Source of the DNA: a virus
Lineage: Duplodnaviria > Heunggongvirae > Uroviricota > Caudoviricetes
IMG/VR virus record: IMGVR_UViG_3300048599_000194
Location: 175,177 to 239,176 of that record
Reading direction: 5' to 3' (one strand)
DNA length: 64,000 nt
The position numbers were made by a program, and so were the translations under genes. Under the pieces are notes generated by a model. It did no database searches and was not told where the DNA came from. It saw only the letters and a list, made by a program, of their open reading frames with translations. Shown one piece after another: positions 6,778 through 15,895 of the stretch; position 1 is the stretch's first letter; the number at the start of each line of letters is the position of its first letter.

Positions 6778-7146
6778 CCCAAAGAATCCAAAGATTCTTT
6801 TGATAGTCTCCATTACCTCTGGAGGTTCAAGACCATCTCCTTACTCACCTAACGGTATTTCAGGATAGGTACTCCGTCGTCGGTAACTTCAACAACTACC
6901 ACTCTGATGATCTATGAGTCATATGTCTTAGATCAACAACCCAGTTCTGTATTTCTCCGAGCAATAGAAATACATATTTGCTAATTATGGTATAGGCCCC
7001 TTCATCTAGATAGCAACATCTGGAAGGTCCACCGTGGGAGAATACCTTCGATCCACTGAGCCACCCCACATTCTCAGTTTCTCTAGTCAGCCACCCCTCC
7101 ATGAAGGATGACCATGTGAGACTCTGGTTTAGTCTCTCACTTCGAC
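6741..7146 (-). ncRNA. Candidate ~400-nt structured ncRNA
   Basis: Bounded by promoter 7153 and terminator 6741; stems GAGACT/AGTCTC, GAAGGT/ACCTTC, GTATTTCT/AGAAATAC, GATCTA/TAGATC, AAAGAATC/GATTCTTT; the only ORF (68 aa) lacks an RBS. Confidence 0.55.
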
Positions 7147-7152
7147 ACTATG

Positions 7153-7182
7153 AAGATACTATGAGAATCTATCACAGTCAAC
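7153..7182 (-). promoter_or_regulatory. sigma70-type early promoter driving non-coding transcript
   Basis: GTTGAC-N17-GTATCTT. Confidence 0.85.
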
Positions 7183-7198
7183 CAGTTTTTTTAGGTCA

Positions 7199-7837
7199 TT
7201 AAATTATCCAATGTTTATTTGGCTCAGTATTAAAATCTTCATGTAGTTTGCAACCAAACATGTCACGAATACATATCGCATTATTATATTCAATCGGATA
7301 CTTTCTAAGGTGGGGTAATTTACATACAAGTAAGAATAAAGAGTGTAAATTATGATATTGCGCAGTTATTATGTCAGGTAATATATTATTTTCAGTTTGA
7401 TCGATGAACACATTAAATCTATCGGTTCCAATTGAACGATCTATCTTTACTTCATCTCTCAATATCTCAATAGCTCTCTTAATACGTAATGAACCTTCTC
7501 GCAGGCGTCTATGGTAATCTAACTGAGGATCATGACGTACATTAATGTCGTATTTCGAATTCGCAATTAGAAATTCATTTATGTTAAATCCAGATCCATT
7601 TAGAACTATATTAATTTCCTCATATATTCTATTAATTGCGAAAGTATATTCTGGCTGTTGTATATATGAATTACGTATTGGATTGACATAATGAACTACG
7701 ATATGACTCCAACAATCACTAATAAAGTCTTTAATCAATCTCGATTTCCATATTACAGTAATAATTGTTCCTAATGAAATTAACAATTCGAATGCTGTTT
7801 TGTAGTGCTCTAATTGATTATATTGAAACATATTCAT
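7199..7837 (-). CDS. AT-rich hypothetical protein with N-terminal TM segment
   Basis: 212-aa ORF. Confidence 0.7.
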   Translation of the reverse strand: MNMFQYNQLEHYKTAFELLISLGTIITVIWKSRLIKDFISDCWSHIVVHYVNPIRNSYIQQPEYTFAINRIYEEINIVLNGSGFNINEFLIANSKYDINVRHDPQLDYHRRLREGSLRIKRAIEILRDEVKIDRSIGTDRFNVFIDQTENNILPDIITAQYHNLHSLFLLVCKLPHLRKYPIEYNNAICIRDMFGCKLHEDFNTEPNKHWII

Positions 7838-7842
7838 ATTGA

Positions 7843-8082
7843 TTACTTCCCTCTATGCTCTACCACATGACCTTCAGACTCTAGTAGATCAACTAAAGCC
7901 GCTAATCCAGTCTTTCCAGTCTTCCTACCAGTGCAACATGAAAAATCTGGAGTACATTCTCCTCCAATTGAATTATGCCAGCTAATCCCAATCTTCCATA
8001 ATACACTCTGTATCCTATGGCTCACTCGATACATTATTCGATGATACCATCTCCATTCACTCACATTCACTGGAACCTTCAT
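7843..8082 (-). CDS. Hypothetical protein
   Basis: ORF overlaps its neighbour by 4 nt. Confidence 0.7.
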   Translation of the reverse strand: MKVPVNVSEWRWYHRIMYRVSHRIQSVLWKIGISWHNSIGGECTPDFSCCTGRKTGKTGLAALVDLLESEGHVVEHRGK

Positions 8083-8372
8083 GGTGCTCTCCTTAGTCGC
8101 TCAACTTCTCTCTCAGCTTCTAATATGTACTCGTCTATCTTGGGATCCATTACATTCACATAGTAGCGCAATCCACCAAACTTCTCTTTTACCTGATCTA
8201 CCCTAAAGTCAATCTCAGGGTGCATAGACAAATAATACTCTATCCGAGCACTCAGACGATCTATTATCTCCAGCCACTCCCCAGGACAAAAGAATCCACA
8301 CTGAATTGGATACTTATACACTCTAGGGTATTTTAGCTTCAATTCACCCGGATCGTATATATTGTCTATCAT
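8079..8372 (-). CDS. Phage hypothetical protein (QVKEKFGGLRYY family)
   Basis: GEW...VDQVKEKFGGLRYYV motif recalled from phage proteins. Confidence 0.75.
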   Translation of the reverse strand: MIDNIYDPGELKLKYPRVYKYPIQCGFFCPGEWLEIIDRLSARIEYYLSMHPEIDFRVDQVKEKFGGLRYYVNVMDPKIDEYILEAEREVERLRRAP

Positions 8373-8394
8373 GGTAATTCAGTTCCTCCACCAG

Positions 8395-8676
8395 CTACTC
8401 GTAACAACTCAATACCCCACCATATATCTTATTGAATGTATTGCCTACAGTTCCTTCACATCCATGAAATCCAGTGTCATACAATTCTAAGGTAATACTA
8501 GACTTGCTTAATTGGTGAGTAATCAATACAGTATCTAATCGCTCCCAATTGACTGAATCCACTTCATAAATTAATTCAATCCAGTCATCATTGATATTCT
8601 TCTCCCGCGCAACACAGGAACTTAAATCATATCGGAATTCTTTGAACGTGGGTATCAAAAAACGTAATTGCATCAT
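8395..8676 (-). CDS. Hypothetical protein
   Basis: 93 aa downstream of variant promoter 8683. Confidence 0.65.
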   Translation of the reverse strand: MMQLRFLIPTFKEFRYDLSSCVAREKNINDDWIELIYEVDSVNWERLDTVLITHQLSKSSITLELYDTGFHGCEGTVGNTFNKIYGGVLSCYE

Positions 8677-8682
8677 CTATAG

Positions 8683-8712
8683 AAAATACTTTAATCTGAT
8701 TACTTTGGCAAC
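8683..8712 (-). promoter_or_regulatory. Variant early promoter abutting the DnaA-box array
   Basis: GTTGCC-N17-GTATTTT. Confidence 0.6.
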
Positions 8713-8783
8713 TGTTGATAGATTGTGGATAAAATGTGGATAGTGTATAGATTGTGGATATTTTGTTGAGATGTTGTGGATAG
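8713..8783. promoter_or_regulatory. Array of DnaA-box-like 9-mers
   Basis: TGTTGATAG 8713, TGTGGATAA 8724, TGTGGATAG 8735, TGTGGATAT 8753, TGTTGAGAT 8764, TGTGGATAG 8775 (consensus TTATCCACA on the minus strand). Confidence 0.7.
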
Positions 8784-8970
8784 TTAAAGTGTAGCCGCAC
8801 CCTTAACCCCCTCTAAAATATAAATTCAAAACATATATTAAAAAATGAAAATCAAAATATCTAATTACTTTTCGAAACAAGAATTAACCCTCGAATTTGA
8901 CCCAAAATTTACACATTTAGATCTCCGAATTCTGGGAAAATTGCAAGCATTCCTATTTTACAGAAAATAC

Positions 8971-9003
8971 AAAAAATGCCAGATTATCATAGACAATCCA
9001 GCG
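8971..9003 (-). terminator. Probable intrinsic terminator
   Basis: GCTGGATT/AATCTGGC stem followed by ATTTTTT. Confidence 0.55.
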
Positions 9004-9061
9004 TCTTTCTAGTATCTTCATGTTCTTTTAGTGTCTCTCCAGCGTCTAGGAGAATCTTATT

Positions 9062-9080
9062 ACTCACTCACTCACTCACT
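9062..9080 (-). repeat. (TGAG)n tetranucleotide tandem repeat at gene end
   Basis: ACTC x4 plus ACT; includes the stop codon of 9076..9345. Confidence 0.8.
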
Positions 9081-9345
9081 TAGGAATGTGATAGATGCCA
9101 GCTTCTATGCAATCACCTATTAGGGATTTGCTAATGCTTGCGAGTGATCCATCAGGTTCGAATTCCACGAAGGATACTAATTGTGAGATTTTGGTTATTG
9201 GCCATAGTTGACCTAGAGCGAAGATGAATCCTTTAGTATCTTCTTTAGCCATAGGCGCTATTCCTGTATATCCATCTTCTTTTACCAAGTGGAATTTGAC
9301 ATGATTGTCATTATAGTATTTGGTGAGTTTATCTAGGTCTGTCAT
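9076..9345 (-). CDS. Hypothetical protein
   Basis: ORF in packed operon. Confidence 0.75.
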   Translation of the reverse strand: MTDLDKLTKYYNDNHVKFHLVKEDGYTGIAPMAKEDTKGFIFALGQLWPITKISQLVSFVEFEPDGSLASISKSLIGDCIEAGIYHIPK

Positions 9346-9348
9346 GTA

Positions 9349-9630
9349 TTAGTCATCTTCTCGGGTGATTCGTTCTTCGTGGTATTCGTCGTCCCAATCT
9401 TCTACGGTATTGAGGTATGCGTGTGTTCTTGATAGATCCTCGGAGGTGATGTTCATATTATGTGGATCGCAGTGCCATTCTCTACGATGTCTTTCGATAC
9501 GTAGTTCTCTTTGTCTGAGGATTTCCTCGATGACAATCTTCTCAGACTTTATTTCCTGAACGAGTCTATTAAAATGCTCTTTTAGGTAATTTACGCTCTG
9601 GATATAATTGAGACAATCTGTAGTTGTCAT
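9349..9630 (-). CDS. Hypothetical protein
   Basis: ORF in packed operon. Confidence 0.75.
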   Translation of the reverse strand: MTTTDCLNYIQSVNYLKEHFNRLVQEIKSEKIVIEEILRQRELRIERHRREWHCDPHNMNITSEDLSRTHAYLNTVEDWDDEYHEERITREDD

Positions 9631-9633
9631 TTC

Positions 9634-9954
9634 TTATTCCACCGTACAGGGGAAGATGTCTCCGATTTTGATGAACGTATCTCGAACAGCTTCGACCAGT
9701 TGGATGAACCTTTCCACGTTTCCATTAAGTTGGCACTTAGCGATGGTCCACGATCCCGTGTAGGAATAATCAGCTTCGAGCCAGATATTCAGCATGAGGG
9801 TATCATCTTCGCAATCGATGACCAGTTTATCTTCGAGGATATTCCAGACATTCCGTTTGTGTAGGTAATTGAATTCGAGGGGGAATGGCATTCCGAAGTG
9901 TTCGGTAATACGGGGAGCGATCTTATTCAGTTCTTCGATAGTGTGCTTGTTCAT
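9634..9954 (-). CDS. Hypothetical protein
   Basis: GGAGG RBS; promoter 9973. Confidence 0.8.
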   Translation of the reverse strand: MNKHTIEELNKIAPRITEHFGMPFPLEFNYLHKRNVWNILEDKLVIDCEDDTLMLNIWLEADYSYTGSWTIAKCQLNGNVERFIQLVEAVRDTFIKIGDIFPCTVE

Positions 9955-9972
9955 AGTGTACCTCCTGGTGAG

Positions 9973-10002
9973 AAGATACTACTAGATGTTCAGTCTGTCA
10001 AC
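9973..10002 (-). promoter_or_regulatory. sigma70-type early promoter
   Basis: GTTGAC-N17-GTATCTT. Confidence 0.85.
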
Positions 10003-10328
10003 GACATTCCAGAGATAGTGAATTGTGATTTGTTCTTTGGATTTACAATTATTTGTTTGGGTGCGAATCTGTATAATCCATTAATTAGATTATATACGTG
10101 TAGTATGTCAACTCCGAAGTTATTAATCGAGATTAAGGAGCCTGGGTATACCTTGATTAGTTCATTTACTCGTATAGCTTTCACTGAGACATTCAGATGA
10201 TTAACGCAATTAATTTCAGATAGATGTATAGTAAATCTATCTGTTGGTTGGTCTATTAGGAAAAAGTCGGCATAGTCAATTCTAAGGTTACATTGCAGTG
10301 AGTCTAGTAGGTTATCTAGAGTTTTCAT
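9990..10328 (-). CDS. Hypothetical protein
   Basis: ORF in packed operon. Confidence 0.7.
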   Translation of the reverse strand: MKTLDNLLDSLQCNLRIDYADFFLIDQPTDRFTIHLSEINCVNHLNVSVKAIRVNELIKVYPGSLISINNFGVDILHVYNLINGLYRFAPKQIIVNPKNKSQFTISGMSLTD

Positions 10329-10336
10329 GTTCTTTA

Positions 10337-10552
10337 TTACCTTATGCGTATTGGGGTTTTATGATTCTTGAGGTATTGGAGTGATGCGTCGTACTTAGAG
10401 TTAGCTTTATATCGAACTGAAAAGCCTTTCCTAAGAACCTCCATTATTCTATTTGCGGATTCAAAAGTTCCAGTGTCTTCGATTTTATTATGAATGTTGC
10501 GAGTAATAGGATCTACAATTACGAACCATCCCCTGACATTTTCATTGCTCAT
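10337..10552 (-). CDS. Hypothetical protein
   Basis: ORF in packed operon. Confidence 0.7.
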   Translation of the reverse strand: MSNENVRGWFVIVDPITRNIHNKIEDTGTFESANRIMEVLRKGFSVRYKANSKYDASLQYLKNHKTPIRIR

Positions 10553-10779
10553 TTTTTGTTTAGTCGTTTACATCTAGGGTGAATTCCGTCATGCCTGAAG
10601 AATTGGGTATTTCCGTCTGGTAGATAGTTAATCGGGAAATCACCATCTTTACATCGCCAATAACTTGAAGGGCCTGCTGTAAATGCGTCATCGTGATCCC
10701 ATGCATCATTATATACATAAGGGCATTCGCCACACGACTTGACAATTGTCTTAGTAACAATCTCAAAAGAGTTATTCAC
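10549..10779 (-). CDS. Small Cys-containing protein
   Basis: CGECPY...WRC...IHPRC. Confidence 0.7.
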   Translation of the reverse strand: MNNSFEIVTKTIVKSCGECPYVYNDAWDHDDAFTAGPSSYWRCKDGDFPINYLPDGNTQFFRHDGIHPRCKRLNKK

Positions 10780-10788
10780 GTTAGATCC

Positions 10789-11043
10789 TTAGTCGAATAG
10801 ATCACCATCTAGCAAATCACCGACAATTCCGCCTTCGAAGCTCCCTCCCAATAGTCCACCGAGTAAAGCAGAATCAGTTGCATATCCAATTGCGGCAGAT
10901 GCAAGGAAGTCTAGGCCAGATGACGAGGAAGAGGAAGAAGATGACAGGCTTGATCGAAAATGATCCAATTCTTCTCCATACAATCGAGAGGAAATGGTTT
11001 CGACTTCTCTATCAGTCAGGTATTTTCCGTTGTAGTATGGCAT
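10789..11043 (-). CDS. Small protein with poly-Ser linker and Gly-rich hydrophobic C-terminus
   Basis: SSSSSSSSS-GLDFLASAAIGYATDSALLGGLLGG. Confidence 0.75.
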   Translation of the reverse strand: MPYYNGKYLTDREVETISSRLYGEELDHFRSSLSSSSSSSSSGLDFLASAAIGYATDSALLGGLLGGSFEGGIVGDLLDGDLFD

Positions 11044-11058
11044 TCTTAATCTTTCGTA

Positions 11059-11295
11059 TTAATGTTTAGCGAAGAATACAGTATCAACATTAGTGACTTC
11101 TGTACTCCATTGACTCATATTCTCGACGTAAATGATATTTCCGAGTGTATCTCGGAATAGATAGCGATAATCTGAAATTGGGTAGAATTCGGAATGTTTA
11201 ACTAGATCTCTAGCATTTTGTTTGCACTTGGATGGATTTAATCCACATCCTGCAAGGAAAAGAGTGGCGGCTAGAACTAGGATTGTCTTCTTCAT
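11059..11295 (-). CDS. Small lipoprotein
   Basis: MKKTILVLAATLFLAG-C lipobox. Confidence 0.8.
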   Translation of the reverse strand: MKKTILVLAATLFLAGCGLNPSKCKQNARDLVKHSEFYPISDYRYLFRDTLGNIIYVENMSQWSTEVTNVDTVFFAKH

Positions 11296-11298
11296 GGT

Positions 11299-11616
11299 TT
11301 AATTTCCCATTTGGTTGAGGGTATCTTGGAGTTTCAATTCGGCCTTATGCTTGACTGCCTGGATATAAAGATCCTTTGGCAGTCCGTACATTGGACATTG
11401 ATTTAGCTTCTTCTTGCTCATGTGGCACTTGGCTCTGGAAAACATATTAGTGGATGCCTCTTCAGAATCGGCAACAACCGTGCCGATGCATTGACTTCCA
11501 GTAATTGCGCAAGTGCAAAATTTACGACAGTCATCTGAAAACTTATATTCATAGTCCTCATTAATTAGTGCCGGGCAGGTGGTTCCATGTTCTGGAGAGT
11601 AAATGTCAAATGTCAT
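11299..11616 (-). CDS. Cys-rich hypothetical protein
   Basis: ORF in packed operon. Confidence 0.7.
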   Translation of the reverse strand: MTFDIYSPEHGTTCPALINEDYEYKFSDDCRKFCTCAITGSQCIGTVVADSEEASTNMFSRAKCHMSKKKLNQCPMYGLPKDLYIQAVKHKAELKLQDTLNQMGN

Positions 11617-12046
11617 GTTTGTTCCTTCTTAGGGTTGCGCTCCAGATTCGTATTGCGTCTTTCGGTGGGGAATATATCATTGAGAGATTGGTAATGCTAC
11701 CTTCTACATTTCTGCCATCATTCCTCATAGCCACATTAGCACGACAAGCATCTGGGTTGTTTTCGAAATAGATCTTTTCTATTTTTACTTCTCGACCAAT
11801 TTCATTATTGAGTATGTGTTCGAGAATATATAGATTGTTTTCATTGCAGAGGTTGCAATCTGCAATTACAATCAATCCTCCGAATTCTTTACAGGTATTC
11901 TTAAAGCGAATAACATCCTCAACTGCGAGGATGTCATCGAAGATTGCATTGTACTGTGGAGCAAACTGATTGATGTAGGTAGTCTTACCTGAACCGGGAA
12001 GTCCAATTAAGATGCTAACAGTCAACCAGTCGTATTTTTTTGGCAT
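11606..12046 (-). CDS. P-loop kinase (AAA_33 / polynucleotide-kinase-like)
   Basis: ILIGLPGSGKTT Walker A; CRANVAMRN lid-like motif. Confidence 0.75.
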   Translation of the reverse strand: MPKKYDWLTVSILIGLPGSGKTTYINQFAPQYNAIFDDILAVEDVIRFKNTCKEFGGLIVIADCNLCNENNLYILEHILNNEIGREVKIEKIYFENNPDACRANVAMRNDGRNVEGSITNLSMIYSPPKDAIRIWSATLRRNKHDI

Positions 12047-12438
12047 TAAATGATTCCTGCGTTAATCAGATCATTGTAAAGCTGATCGCAGGTGATGTAC
12101 TTGTATCCGTACTCGGTGTAATTACCGTAATAGTCATTACTGCAATAGTCAGTTGTCTGCCAAGTAATCTGATTTATTAGGTTCTTGTACTTCAAGAAAG
12201 TGATTTCTGGAGCGATCTCTTCGAGGAGGCGGTCGAAATCTGGAACTTCGGCGTCACTTGCATCTCGTCCAGTGGAATAGGACTGCGCAGTTCCACCCCA
12301 GCAACTTCCGCCACTGGCACCGCCAATCTCTACACTTCCGTAGATATACTTGGTGTCGTCCTTCCTGTTATAGCTGTTCAGGGCATAGCAGGTAGAAGCG
12401 TGACGATTGAAGATTTCGGTAAAAGTTTCCTTGTCCAT
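12046..12438 (-). CDS. Phage hypothetical protein
   Basis: 130 aa; AAGGAG RBS; promoter 12463. Confidence 0.8.
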   Translation of the reverse strand: MDKETFTEIFNRHASTCYALNSYNRKDDTKYIYGSVEIGGASGGSCWGGTAQSYSTGRDASDAEVPDFDRLLEEIAPEITFLKYKNLINQITWQTTDYCSNDYYGNYTEYGYKYITCDQLYNDLINAGII

Positions 12439-12462
12439 GCGAGTCTCCTTGATATATTGACT

Positions 12463-12492
12463 AAGATACTATGAGTAAGTTCATTAGTCAAC
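12463..12492 (-). promoter_or_regulatory. sigma70-type early promoter
   Basis: GTTGAC-N17-GTATCTT. Confidence 0.85.
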
Positions 12493-12700
12493 TAGATTTA
12501 ATTACTTCCAGAAACTCAACTCGATCATAAACGGTTCTATCAGTTTTTGATACAATTGCAGTTGCTTTCCATTTACTACCACAATGTCTACATGTATTTG
12601 TGATTGGCATGTTGATTAGCTTTTTGCTACCAAAAAAACCTTCTCTATAATATCTCCCGCATAATTGTGGGAATCCACATGTAGGGCATTTGTAATTCAT
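12488..12700 (-). CDS. Small Zn-ribbon-like protein
   Basis: CPTC...CRHC. Confidence 0.65.
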   Translation of the reverse strand: MNYKCPTCGFPQLCGRYYREGFFGSKKLINMPITNTCRHCGSKWKATAIVSKTDRTVYDRVEFLEVIKSS

Positions 12701-12701
12701 A

Positions 12702-12893
12702 TTACATATCGTTCCATTGATAGCTAATTGATTCCCTTGGTTCTTGAGTTGTATATGATTTCGCGGGCGCGTATGATCTATAGCTTCTAAGCCAGGGTCT
12801 ATCTAGGTGAATACACTTTACACAGGGGAAAGATTCTTCATCTACATTTCTATGTGTGCATCCACTACATTCGCCCGACTTCATTCTTCGCAC
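12702..12893 (-). CDS. Small Cys-rich protein
   Basis: CSGC...PCVKC. Confidence 0.65.
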   Translation of the reverse strand: MRRMKSGECSGCTHRNVDEESFPCVKCIHLDRPWLRSYRSYAPAKSYTTQEPRESISYQWNDM

Positions 12894-13162
12894 TCACATT
12901 CAGATTCTAGGATATATCCATTATCTCTAGCCCATTGATGTAGTTTTTCATCTGAGGCCAATTCGTCAAGATCTCTTTCTCTCGCCCAATCAAGCAATTC
13001 ATCTTCATCGAATACTTGTTCAGGCTCTAGATTTTCATTAATCCAGGGAATTACAGATTCTTCGAGGAAATTTTCTGATTGAATTTCTTCTACCGTTGAC
13101 CGGAAAATCAATTCCTCTTTGAAATTCTGGTCTTGTCTTCCGGATGTTGGGGTTGTGCTCAT
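12881..13162 (-). CDS. Acidic hypothetical protein
   Basis: ORF with RBS. Confidence 0.7.
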   Translation of the reverse strand: MSTTPTSGRQDQNFKEELIFRSTVEEIQSENFLEESVIPWINENLEPEQVFDEDELLDWARERDLDELASDEKLHQWARDNGYILESECECEE

Positions 13163-13164
13163 GA

Positions 13165-13566
13165 TTAGTCTCCTTCGTTAAGGCAAAATCCGTGTTTGGT
13201 GAATTGCTCCAAGTCCATGTGATAACAGCAATGAACTTTTCCATTTTTGAGAATGTTTACCATTACCCCATGATTCGGTTGATATGGTATTAGGATCACT
13301 TCTAATCCTGGTTTAGTCTCACTCACCATTCTAATTGCAGGGCCTTGTGAATATACAGAAACGTATTTCCCCTTGCCACAATTAGGAACGGTAAGTCCAT
13401 GAAATCCCCCAATATTCAACCCATACGCATACTTATAGAATGCAAATCGAGAGTTTCTCACGCATATGAATAGGAAATACATGAATTTCCCATACAATTT
13501 ACGGAATATGGGTTTCTTGTATTGATTATGTGCCTGCCCCAGTAGAAATGAAAGTAGCTTATTCAT
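13165..13566 (-). CDS. Hypothetical protein
   Basis: ORF in packed operon. Confidence 0.7.
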   Translation of the reverse strand: MNKLLSFLLGQAHNQYKKPIFRKLYGKFMYFLFICVRNSRFAFYKYAYGLNIGGFHGLTVPNCGKGKYVSVYSQGPAIRMVSETKPGLEVILIPYQPNHGVMVNILKNGKVHCCYHMDLEQFTKHGFCLNEGD

Positions 13567-13826
13567 TGAGCTTCCTTAGTTAGAATTGCTAAAATGTCTC
13601 TGGCTAGGCTAATTTTCCCATCCCTGAATCCATCTTTGTAAGCGTCCTTATCATTATCCCACGATGCAGTTAAATCAAATCCTTTGGTGTTTTTAAGAAA
13701 TCCTTCAATATCTAGCATCCCTCGTTGATTTGCTAGTTCAGTTATTAATTCTCTAATCTTATCTAACTTACCGTAATTGGTTTCGTCGTAGCTAATGGTT
13801 TTTTTCATCTTGCGGTCTTCGTACAT
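13563..13826 (-). CDS. Hypothetical protein
   Basis: ORF in packed operon. Confidence 0.7.
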   Translation of the reverse strand: MYEDRKMKKTISYDETNYGKLDKIRELITELANQRGMLDIEGFLKNTKGFDLTASWDNDKDAYKDGFRDGKISLARDILAILTKEAQ

Positions 13827-14008
13827 GTTTCACTCCAATGAGTCGTTTGAATTTCCTAGATCGTTAATGAATTGATCTAATCTACTTTCAATTGCATCTA
13901 ATGTGAATTTTGTGTATCCGTGGTTAATTACGACACCATTATATGTGAATTCACGGACTTCTTTAGTTAAATTATCTCGCAGTCTAATTTCTATTTGGCA
14001 TGACATTA

Positions 14009-14281
14009 TTAAGTTGCCTCTGCTAGGTTCAATAATCTTTTTAATTCTGCTATCAAAGCATCCTGATCTTCAAAATATGCAGTTATTCCTTTAACAGTGC
14101 CATCTTCGCTAAGTCCGGTCGAAATGAACATCCACGATCCGCTTTTTATGGTAGATAGTGTCATGTTGTGATGATTTCCGCTAACCGATATTAATGGAGA
14201 TGTCTCTACCGATCCTTCATCTTCGCATTCTCCGTTAGGTGAAACATTCTTATATTCCCAATATTCAGTATCTATTAGCAT
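14009..14281 (-). CDS. Hypothetical protein
   Basis: ORF in packed operon. Confidence 0.7.
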   Translation of the reverse strand: MLIDTEYWEYKNVSPNGECEDEGSVETSPLISVSGNHHNMTLSTIKSGSWMFISTGLSEDGTVKGITAYFEDQDALIAELKRLLNLAEAT

Positions 14282-14847
14282 TGTTCATCCTGATTGAGAT
14301 TATTAAGTCTAACGGTCGTCTCTTTTATTTGATCATTCAAATCGTCTATTTTCTTTTGTAGTTCATTCCGCAAATTTACAATATCATATTCAAGTTGCTT
14401 TATTAACTTATCTTTGTTTTTAAGATCTACTTGACACTTTACGTTTTTTCCAGCTTTGGATTGTCTTCCTGTTCTGGTGTTTATTAGATATGTATATTTT
14501 GGCCCATTGTTTACTACTCTATATTCAGTTCCTCGGATAATAACGACTATTCCATTTACTTTCATACAGTCAGACAACAATGCATTGAATAGATTGGTAT
14601 CTGAATTATATTCTTCTATATCATATTCGGATGGATCGGGTGCTCGATGTTTTATTGGAGTTTCATTTACACACTTATGAGGTTGATTATTTTCGTCGCA
14701 TAATCTCCAGATTGGTTTATGTGCCCAGATCCCATTATATCCATCGATGTCTTCCCAATGAAGTCTTCCGACCCCGCACCGATTGCAGGTTTTAAGGTCA
14801 AGTTCAAACTCCATCATTTCGTCAAAATCTGGTTCTGGGAACTCCAT
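14275..14847 (-). CDS. Hypothetical protein with N-terminal Zn-finger-like motif and C-terminal coiled coil
   Basis: CNRCG...LHW...PHKC; heptad-rich tail. Confidence 0.75.
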   Translation of the reverse strand: MEFPEPDFDEMMEFELDLKTCNRCGVGRLHWEDIDGYNGIWAHKPIWRLCDENNQPHKCVNETPIKHRAPDPSEYDIEEYNSDTNLFNALLSDCMKVNGIVVIIRGTEYRVVNNGPKYTYLINTRTGRQSKAGKNVKCQVDLKNKDKLIKQLEYDIVNLRNELQKKIDDLNDQIKETTVRLNNLNQDEQC

Positions 14848-14860
14848 ATAAACTCCTATA

Positions 14861-15106
14861 TTAATTTGGGCTTATGTTATTTGCCTGAATTATGCTTGGA
14901 TACATGAACATGAAACTGACATTCAATTCTCCAGTTTTTTCTCCCTTTTCATTCCGATAAATGCTAACAGGTCCAGCGGTAGTCCATTCAATCTCCTTAC
15001 CTTCATCCTGCAATCTATTAGCAATTCGTTGATAGTCTTTTCCAATTGCCTCAAAGGTTTCTTTTTCGAGGTATTTTTCTGGAATGTATGCGTCTTTTTT
15101 AGTCAT
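14861..15106 (-). CDS. Hypothetical protein
   Basis: ORF in packed operon. Confidence 0.7.
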   Translation of the reverse strand: MTKKDAYIPEKYLEKETFEAIGKDYQRIANRLQDEGKEIEWTTAGPVSIYRNEKGEKTGELNVSFMFMYPSIIQANNISPN

Positions 15107-15109
15107 TTT

Positions 15110-15373
15110 CTATTTCTTTCGTCTATTTGTTATTTGTTCGCCTAGTCGATACAATTCAATTTCATAACATCTACGAAATTCGGGTTTTGATTTATATGTG
15201 CTAATGAAATCATGCCATATGTTTTGCATTGCATCTACTCCTTCTGGAGAAACGCCATCCATTTTTGATTTAAGTCCTCCATAGAATGGAAAGTCAAATT
15301 GTGGATAGAATTTAAGGTAGTCGCGATGGCTCCAAAGATGATTTACTATCTGGATGAATTTTGCCTCTCTCAT
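15110..15373 (-). CDS. Hypothetical protein
   Basis: ORF in packed operon. Confidence 0.7.
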   Translation of the reverse strand: MREAKFIQIVNHLWSHRDYLKFYPQFDFPFYGGLKSKMDGVSPEGVDAMQNIWHDFISTYKSKPEFRRCYEIELYRLGEQITNRRKK

Positions 15374-15389
15374 GGATTATTCCCTCGTT

Positions 15390-15608
15390 TCAATGTCCTT
15401 CTCCTAGTCCAGAGTAAATGACGTAGTCACAAATCTTGCAACGTCTAACTGTAATTGTCTTATTTCCAGGATGCCTTTTATATTTGAGCGTAAATTCCCC
15501 CGTTCCTTTCCAATATAATTCACCAATGCCTATTATTCGATTACAGCTATCGCAAATATATTCCTTTCTAGCTCGCTGGTGGCTTTGAAGTCCTTTATTA
15601 TCTTTCAC
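15390..15608 (-). CDS. Small Zn-finger-like protein
   Basis: RARKEYICDSC...RRCKIC. Confidence 0.7.
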   Translation of the reverse strand: MKDNKGLQSHQRARKEYICDSCNRIIGIGELYWKGTGEFTLKYKRHPGNKTITVRRCKICDYVIYSGLGEGH

Positions 15609-15895
15609 TTGAACTTGATCTTTGCATGCGTGATAGAATTACGATATTCCTTGGAAAGAACATATCTAATGAAATGGATTGGGAAGTAAATGATATTGTA
15701 CATTCTAGTATATTTTACAATTTTATTACATAAATCAAAATCACTCTGTGTTAATAGATTGCTCTTACATTTAGGGCATTCTTTATTCAGATATTTCTGG
15801 TAATCTTCGAATGGAACACTATCGTCCCTGTAATCACAGTTATCGCATTTGATTCCAGTTACGGTACAATCTACAGCTTTGAAAATGTTAGGCAT
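15605..15895 (-). CDS. Zn-finger-like protein
   Basis: IKCDNCDY...ECPKC. Confidence 0.7.
   Translation of the reverse strand: MPNIFKAVDCTVTGIKCDNCDYRDDSVPFEDYQKYLNKECPKCKSNLLTQSDFDLCNKIVKYTRMYNIIYFPIHFIRYVLSKEYRNSITHAKIKFK

Noticed and set aside
6896-7102. 68-aa ORF
   Set aside because: No RBS, and it lies within a hairpin-dense unit better explained as an ncRNA; not fully excluded.
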